DNA from: Phaeosaccion multiseriatum
Taxonomy: Eukaryota > Protista > Ochrophyta, other classes
Direction of reading: 5' to 3'
DNA length: 64,000 nucleotides
NCBI GenBank assembly: GCA_965112735.1
Contig: OZ218960.1
Location: forward strand, 930,001-994,000
The notes below the pieces were generated by a model. That model was not told the origin of the DNA, did no database searches, and worked only from the letters and a program-made list of their open reading frames with translations. The translations under genes and the position numbers were made by a program. Numbering within the stretch: the stretch's first letter is position 1; each line of letters starts with the position of its first letter. Shown here piece by piece: positions 56,397 to 64,000 of the stretch.

Positions 56397-58965
56397 ATGC
56401 TCGTGTACAAAGACATCATCTCGGGGGACGAGCTGTGCACGGATGCCTACGAGCGCAAGCCGCTCGTGTGGGAGGGGGAGGTGGTGGAGGGCTTGATGGA
56501 GGTAAGGGTGATCGCCAACGGGGGCTGTGGTATACTCGTTGCGGCTGTGCCACTTAACCGTGTACCAGTGGCTCTTCAGCTGTGCTGGCAATGTCAGCCG
56601 GCGGCTTAGGCGAACCCTCAGACTGGAGAGACCTTTGGAGCGATTTAGGAGTTTGGATGAAGTGGAGTAGAGGGAGAGAGGGGGGGGAGGGGGGGAGCGT
56701 TGAGAGGGAAATTTGGGGAAGAGAGGTCGAAGGAGCCGAGCGAAAAGAGGGGGTAGTTTCTCTCGAGTGTTGAGCGATGGAGCTCTTCTGTACAGGAAGG
56801 AGGGAGGGGGGGGTGTTTCAATGAAGGACAGCTATGCCATGGCTGTTTTGTCAAGCCAAGCTTAATGAAGTGAGGTGTTGGTTATTTGTGAGAATCTGAT
56901 GTGGCCAGAGATGTAGTTTGACCCATCAGCGCTTACTGCTTGCCAGAGTCTCGCCCCTCACCCACCTGCTCCGCCTGCCTGCTTGCCTGCCTGCCTTCCC
57001 GCCCGCCTGCCCATTGCCCTCTGGCCCCTGCTGGTGCCGTGCCCCCCCCCCCCCCTTGTTGCCTGTTAATCGGGCCACCCACCCACCTGAAATACCCCTC
57101 GCAGATTGAGTCGCGAATGCAGATCAAGGGTGCTGAGAACGTCGACATTGGCTGTGGAGACGCCTTCGGGGGGGGGGGGGAGGACGACGGACCGGAGGGA
57201 GACTCAGTGGAGAAGGTCAACGATGTTATCGAGGCCTTCAAGCTGCAGGAGCTCCCCTTCGACAGCAAGGCACAGTTCAAGGATTACCTCAAGGTTCGTA
57301 TGTTTGGCGTTTCATTACGTAGCATGCGCAGTCAACCGACGGTGCTCCTTCTCACAGGGTTCCCGCATGCTGCTTTAGGCTGCCTTCCTTGGAGCTGTGC
57401 TTGTGTGTTGTGTTGCATGTGGCTCTTCCGGCGGTGTTGGATGAACACATGTGACTGCTTTTGAGTATGTATGTATGAGTGCAACAACAAGTCTGAGAGC
57501 GCGCTTGTGTCTACGCGGGCGAGACACCCATTCACCGCACAGAGTGAGAACTGCCCTCCGCGGAGAGGACGTTAATGTAGGGGCATATGGATATACCCGT
57601 AGCTTATCTTCTCACGCGCCCACGCCCTTGGCCCCGTATGACTGACTGGTGCCGCATGGTCTGACCTGTATGCCTCTGCGCTGACTGCGCAGGACTACGT
57701 CCGGGCTGTGCGCTCTGCTCACAAGGAGAAGGGTACGCCGCAGGAAGAGATCAAGGTAAGCATATGGGTATGGGGAAGGGGAAGGGGAAGGAGAAGGGCA
57801 AAGAAAAGAGGGCCAGGGGTCAGGGGCATGTTTGGAGTAAGGACGCTGTGTACGGTGGAGTGAGTGTGCGTGATGCACTCGCACCAAGAGCCTTTCCTCT
57901 TTTCTTTTCCCTCTCTGTCTCTTCCTTCCTTCCTTCCGTCCTTCCTTCCTTCCTTTCTTCCTTCTGCTTTTGGGCGCTGTTGGGCTCTGAATGAGTTTGT
58001 GCCACGCGCCTGTTGCGCTGTGTCAGCGTGGACAGCCCCGGGCTCAGTGCCTACTGTTCTCTGCGTCTCGCCTTACAAGAGCTAACGAACTCGCCAATGA
58101 TTTATTTTTATTATCGTTGTTGTCGTTGTTGTTGTTGCTGTTGCTGTGTTTGTTTGTTTGTTTGTGTTGTTGTTGCGCTTGCTGCTCTTGTTGCTCCTGT
58201 TCGTGTTTGTCTCTGACCCGTTTGGGTCGGTGGGGTGGTGGGGTGGAGCACAGGCCTTCATGGCGCAAGCACCAGACATTGTAAAGTTCCTCCTCACCAA
58301 CTCCAAGGAGATTGATACATACATGGGAGAATCGATGGACGCAGAAGGAGCCATGGTGTACTCGTATTACAAGGAGGGAGCGCTCACCCCCACCTTCTTT
58401 TACATCAAGTTCGGCCTTCTCGAGGAGAAGGTGAGGGTTCAGGCAGCGGAGGAGGGAGGCAGGGTAGAGAGGGCGGGGGGGTTATCGGTCGGCCATGTGC
58501 GGGCGGGGGGGGGCACGTTTGGGCCTCAAGGGGCCCAAGAGTTGGTTATCCTGACGCGTGTGGGGTGGGTAGGTGCTGTGGTGTGCTGCCTTTCGTTTGT
58601 TTACATCCATCGCTCACAACAACTTCTTTCATTTCGTTTTAGTCTCTGTGGTATGGTGGAGTCTCATGAAATTTCTTCTTATACCTCGCTTCTTAGCCGA
58701 AACGACACTTCGCGGTTGGCTCCGTGGCCCGTCAGTACCCGCCAACGAACTGAAAGCTGACACGACTCACCGCCCCTCTCCCCCTCTCTCCCGCCGTCCC
58801 GTCGTCCGCATGTTACTGCCCTTGCTTACACGGACGCTTCGGACCCATCCATCCCATCTGCTACAACTGTAACTGCTGCCTCTGGACGGGTGGTTGATTG
58901 TCTTTGGGCGCATTTATGCTATTGGTGCAAACTTGCCTCTCTGCCGCTTTTTTCAACAGTTCTAA
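56397..58965 (+). CDS. TCTP: Translationally controlled tumour protein, 5 exons
   Basis: Exons ~56397-56501 (MLVYKDIISGDELCTDAY), 57105-57293 (NVDIGCGDAFGG..VEKVNDVIEAFKLQE..FDSKAQFKDYLK), 57694-57755, 58254-58430 (YMGESMDAEGAMVYSYYKE..PTFFYIKFGLLEEK) and 58960-58965 (TTC TAA). Confidence 0.93.
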
Positions 58966-59477
58966 TTTCGCTCCGCTTTTCTCCGTTAGAACTCTTATAG
59001 CTGTCACCAGTAGAGGGCAGCTCGTTGAAGTGTCGATCCGTCCATAAGTTCAAAAAAACTCATCAAGTAAAACCAAACAACCTTACCCTTGTGAGGGTGT
59101 GGGGAGGAGAGGTAGGGTGAAGTGTGAAGTGGAAATGGAGGAGAAATTTGTTACTATTAGGCAACAGAGATGGCAGCAGAGGGTGAATCAACCGCCGCAC
59201 CGCCAAATTTTTTCTTCCTTCTCTCTTCCCATGCTCCTTCACTGGTGAAGACCTGAGCTTGTGGATCCAACCGTGGCGAGGAATACTTTGGGGAAGACAT
59301 ATTCAGGGAGGACAAGAAGAATCTACCGTGCCACGGCTGCTGATTTCCTTTGCAAATGGTCCCACTTCGCTCCCTCACCTCCTCCCTCCCCTCTCCCTCT
59401 TTAGCTTCTTAACGAATGAATTTTCCCAAGTCGGACCGTGAGCTCGCATCCTTCTCTGCGATTATAAGGAGGCCGCG

Positions 59478-62125
59478 ATGCGGAGGCAGTTGGTAGCGCC
59501 GTCGAGGAGGGAGAGGCGCTTACGGCGCGGGAGGAAGAGCAATGGGAGAGGTGTATCCAGCCGCAGCTACAGGCTTTCAGCGGTGCATGTCATCGTTTCT
59601 GCAGCCACAGCCCTCTTACTAGTGGTACTGCTGAGCGCTCGGTGGAAGGAGGGTATTCCTCCCGCCCCTTTTGTCGCTCCTGCCCCTCCTAACGGAGCTC
59701 GTCGCGATGCAGAGGGTACTGCTGCGGTAGAAAGGACAAGTGGTACAGTAGAAGGGAGTAACGCCAGCAGCAGCAGTGGAGGGGAAAGTGGACATGATGC
59801 CCCTTCCACCGCATTTGCTGCTGCAGCTGCTGTCGGTGGTGGTGCTAGCTTGAAGCCGGGCTTGACGGGTGGCTTTGGCATCGACTTTGGTGACAAGGGG
59901 GATGGTGAGACCAACCGTGCTGAGGCTGATCAGCTGCTGGTCGGAGACAGCAGGAGAGAAGACGGAACCACGGTACGGGCGCGAGTGGAGCTAACCACAG
60001 AGGAGCTGCACCAAATCGTAGAGCGGGAGTTTGGACCTTGGCGGCTGCTCCCCTCTACAGAGAGAGCAGCAGGTGGGGAGGGAGGGGAGGGGGAAGTGCG
60101 AGGGCAAGAAGAGTCCCTCGCCAAGAGCCCGTCATCGTGTGCCAAGAAGCTTCAGTACGGTATTCAGAGCTACCCAGAGAAGGACCTTGCGGACTGCTAC
60201 AGGAAGCAGAGTGCGGCGTACGAGTTCGGCGAGCCCCTCACGCAACTTGACGTGACGGTCAAAGGAGGGGGAAGGTGAGCAAGATGGGCAGTCGAGAGGA
60301 TCAGGTCAAGGGGGGCAGGCTCAGAGAGGGAGAGAGAGGCGTGTGTGTGCTTGCGCAAGGAGAGCAGTTGGTTTACTCCCTCTTCTCCCTCTCTCCCTCT
60401 CCATCTCTCTTTCTCTCTCTGTTTTTTTTTTTCTCTCGGGCGGCAACAGACCTGTAAAGAGAGATCCCCGGGGGGTCATTGTGTTTATGAGCACAAGCTC
60501 GGCGAGTGACATTAAGAACCTGCAGGGCGCCCTCGGATCTCTTACTCAGACCTTGCTCAACCGACACAAGTGAGTGACTGGGGAAGGGAGAGAAAGAGGG
60601 AGGGAGTGGGTGGGTGAGTTACTGAGGGAGGGAGGGAGGGAGGGAGTGGGTGGGTGAGGGATGGAGAGAGTGGGTGGGTCAGCGAGCGAGTGAGTGGGTG
60701 GGTGAGCGAGTGAGTGGGTGGGTGGCAGAAAGGTAGAAAGGAAGGAAGAAAGGAAGGAAGGAAGGAAGGAAGGCAGGCAGGCAGGAAGGGAGGGAGGGAG
60801 GGAGGGAGGAAGGAAGGAAGGCAGGCAGGAAGGGAGGGAGGGAGGGAGTAAAGCAAGTGTCGTCACTCTGTAGTGCTGCATTGTTCTATCCTTCGGTCGG
60901 AGGGCTTCGCTTGCAATAGCATGCCTGCCGGCTACCGGCGTTCTTGCCTGCGTCCCCCCCCGATGTTTGCCTCGCTGCTTACCCAACCACCCCTCGGACC
61001 CCCACCCCACCCTCCTCCTCCCCTCCGTCCTCTCGGCCTGAGCTCAGATACCCCGTGGCCGTTGTGCATGAAGACTTCTCCACCGAGCTGATGGAAACGC
61101 TCTCCTCCCACGTTCCTGTGCCCGTATACTTTGTCAAAGTACAGTTCAAGCTACCCTATTGGCTGGAGCCATTGAAAGACATTGTACCGCTCATGACCAA
61201 GCATTACACAGGCCATCCGTCCTCCCGGCCCCTCAAAGGATTCCACACGCACCTACACGGCTTGGTTCCGTATAACAAGCGAGGTACCTTCGGCTACTAC
61301 CACATGTGCCGCTTCTTCGCCGGAGCCGGCTATATGCTGCCCTTCTTCGATGACTACGACTGGTATATCCGCCTCGACAGCGACTCTCGCTGCGATGGAA
61401 AGAGCTTCGACACAGAGGGTGGTGGCGGTGGTGGGGGAGTGGGGGGTACGGCCCAGCAGGGGGACATTATCGGCCAGATGGTGCAACAGGGGAAGCTCTA
61501 TGCCTACAATAGGCAGTTTCTGGATAGCGCTGACGTGGTGGAAGGCCTGTGGAACTTCGCCCACTCGTACCTCCGCCGCGGATTTCATGGCAACACAGGA
61601 GGCGCTAGTGGCAGTGGTGGTGGTAGTGGTAGTAGGAGGAGCGGCACCGAGGGAGGCCAGCAGCAGGAGGGGGATGCCATCCATCCGAGCTTTCTGTTCA
61701 AACCCAGAGACGGCGGCGGGGGAGGAGGAGGTATCCACACGCCCTTCTCGGCCCTCAAAGACGCGTGGAGCAAGCCCGTATACCCGCGCTGCGCCGACCA
61801 GAGCAAGAACAAGGCCAGTGGCCGTCGGAGTGCCGGCGCGGATAGCGCGGTTTCCGTTTCAGTGCTGCCGGACGGGACCGAGGCGCACCTGCTCGACTGC
61901 GAGGACAATTCCTTCCACCCGGTTCCTTCTTTCTACACCAACTTTGAGGTTGCTAGCCTGGCGTTCTTGAGGGGTCGCGAGTATCAGCACTGGTTCAACG
62001 CGGTGGACCGGCAAGGGCAGATATTCTACCATCGCTGGGGGGACGCCCCGTTGCGCTTCCTCGGCCTGTCGATTCACATGCCTGCGGACAAAATCATCTC
62101 CGTCAAGGGCTGCTTTCACAAGTGA
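59478..62125 (+). CDS. GT15 alpha-1,2-mannosyltransferase (KRE2/KTR-like), type II membrane protein, 3 exons
   Basis: N-terminal TM segment (VHVIVSAATALLLVVLL), then YPVAVVHEDF, GYYHMCRFFAG, YDWYIRLDSD, FYTNFEVASL and IFYHRWGDAPLR, which are GT15 signatures. Confidence 0.88.
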
Positions 62126-62217
62126 TGTTATTGTGGGTGTAGGTGTGCTAAAATTGATTTAAACGACTAAGTACTACGAAGTACCCATCTGGAAAAGTGT
62201 TGGGCTAATTAATTGGG

Positions 62218-64000
62218 CTACTTCAAAGCCCCGTCTTCTTCGTTCGTCGGCCAAACGAAAGTAGCAATGCCCCATTGGCCAATAAGAACACAGCCCAGCA
62301 GCAGCGCAAACACACTGCTTGCTTGACTGATGCGGCGGACGGCGTTGAGCCCTACCCCCGACTGCACCCTCGAGCTCACCAGGGCCACACATGCGGTAAA
62401 GATGGTCATGGCCACGGCGGTTCCGAGGCAGAAGGACAGGAGATAGGACGACACTTGGAACAAGTCCGGCATTGTAAGAGCGGGTATCACCCCGACGAGG
62501 TGCCCTGTACCGCTTAGACCATGCACCACGCCCGTACAGAGGAACGCCCAGGGGGAAAGCTCGCTCGCCACGCCCACTCCCGCACCCGCACCCGCACCCA
62601 CGCCCGTTAGAGTCACACTGGTCCCGTCTGCTTCTCTCCCTCGCCACGTGAGCCTCCTGCTCCATCCCGAGAGCGCACCGCTGCCACTTCCCCTTCTCCG
62701 CCGGCTGCTACGTGCCGTAGGATCAGTTTGCCCACACAGGCAGCAACTACTCTTATTACTACTGCTGCTGCTGTTGTTGTGGTTGACATCGCTCGCAAGG
62801 CCGTTGTCGTTTGTGCCCAGAGAGCACAATTCACACTGTGCTCCCTCGGCCTTTGCCTGCCCCCCCCGCTCAAGGAGAGACATCTCAGTCTCTCTCCTAT
62901 CCCCTACTGCGTCGTGGCACAGCATGTCACTATCGTTTCCACAACTACAGCTACTACAGCTACTGCTAGTGTTACTGCTGCTGCCGTCTCCCACACCAGC
63001 AATGGGGCTGCGCTGCCTTCTCCCACTTGGCTCCCCTCCTCCAACGCTTTCCCCATTCGCCACTGTCCCTTTGCCATTCCGCAGCAGCAGCGGTGCCTCA
63101 TCCCTCGAAACGCTTTCACTTTTAACTCCCCTGCTACCAACATTGCCTCCGACACTCCTGCTGCCCCGGGTCATCCCATCTTGTTGCCTCGAAGAAGAAG
63201 AAGAAAGAGTTGATCGTATGTCCATTAGGCCACGCGCCCCGATAAGTACCAGTGTCAGCCTGGGAGAAGGGGGAGAAAGGATCAGAGAGTAGGCAGCTGA
63301 GGTACGATATGAGATAGGGGTCCTCAGATGGGCAAGAGGAAGAGGGGCCCACCGATGCACTCAGGCGGTAGAAGGGAGGAGGAGGAGGAGGAGGAGGAGG
63401 AGGAGGAGGAGGAGGAGGAGGAGGAGGAGGAGGAGGAGGAGGAGGAGGAGGAGGAGGAGGAGGAGGAGGAGGAGGAGGAGGAGGAGGAGGAGGAGGAGGA
63501 GGAGGAGGAGGAGGAGGAGGAGGAGCAGTGTATCCTCTGTCAGCGAACTCACCCCACCACGAGGTCCATGAACCTCGCAAAGGAGTGCAGCAGGAGGATC
63601 TCTTTGAAGTGGAAGGCTATGAGGCCGAACAAGCTTGCCTGAGGGAGGGAGGGAGGGCGGGTGACACACAGAGGAGAGTCCATAGAAGATAGGAGCAGAT
63701 GAGGTAACCGCACAGACACAGAAAGGAGGACGTAGGGGGCGAGAGAGAGAGAGAGAGGGCTAAAAATGTGCCAGGAGACTAAAGGAGAGCATAAAACCTC
63801 AATCCCCTCTCGGTATCTTTTGGTCTTGCGAAGCTCACCCCAAGGCCGTGCCCGACCCCCCAGCGTGCGCCAGCCTTCCAAGCTTGCTTCATAGGTCTTC
63901 CCACGCAGTAGGGAAGGAGAACAGCCAAATGGTCTGGACCTACAATGGCAACCGGAAAGAGAGGCGACGGCAAAAGTCAAGGGAAACACTTGGCTTTCGT
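62218..64000 (-). CDS. NiCoT/UreH-like (DsbD_2-type) multi-pass membrane protein; 5' end lies beyond the window
   Basis: Exons give GPDHLAVLLPYCVG..AGARWGVGHGLG (~63838-63950), ASLFGLIAF..FMDLVVG (~63553-63638) and LTLVLIGARGL..GVVHGLSGTGHLVGVIPAL..YLLSFCLGTAVAM. The His motifs match the nickel transport/urease accessory TM family. Stop at 62218-62220. Confidence 0.8.
63376..63525 (+). repeat. (GAG)n trinucleotide microsatellite, intronic; similar tracts at ~6846-6980, ~17436-17560 and ~54101-54273
   Basis: Directly visible. On the sense strand each tract reads (CTC)n in the 3' part of an intron. Confidence 0.95.

Noticed and set aside
56820-57500. Possible C/D snoRNAs in TCTP introns (ATGAAG...CTGA, GATGAA...CTGA)
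   Set aside because: Box C is non-canonical, and I could not verify a terminal stem or rRNA guide by eye. An Infernal or snoscan search would be needed.

Overview
Intron-rich eukaryotic nuclear DNA with microsatellite-filled introns. The gene content suggests a photosynthetic stramenopile (ochrophyte); this is inference. In order, the window holds a multi-exon UvrD/PcrA helicase (+), a type III pantothenate kinase (-) head-to-head with D-3-phosphoglycerate dehydrogenase (+), and a truncated Ty1/Copia gag-protease element. Next is a ~26 kb tandem triplication of a gene for a secreted, membrane-anchored, Cys-rich and Pro/Thr-rich surface protein. This gene is built from phase-0 exon+intron modules of ~408-411 bp (6, 4 and 8 modules in the three paralogs). 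Each duplicated unit carries the last exon of the neighbouring dihydrolipoamide dehydrogenase gene. The window ends with intact DLD (-) head-to-head with TCTP (+), a GT15 mannosyltransferase (+), and a partial NiCoT/UreH-like membrane protein (-). Two observations stand out. (1) The surface-protein family is modular, varies in module number and is mosaic between paralogs. (2) A stereotyped +4 bp insertion (XY -> XY-GC-XY) occurs at least 14 times in dead DNA at 39.9-41.7 kb. Removing three of these insertions and restoring one deleted base rebuilds a canonical PHD finger. Exon boundaries were read by eye from GT/AG sites and protein continuity; no searches were run.
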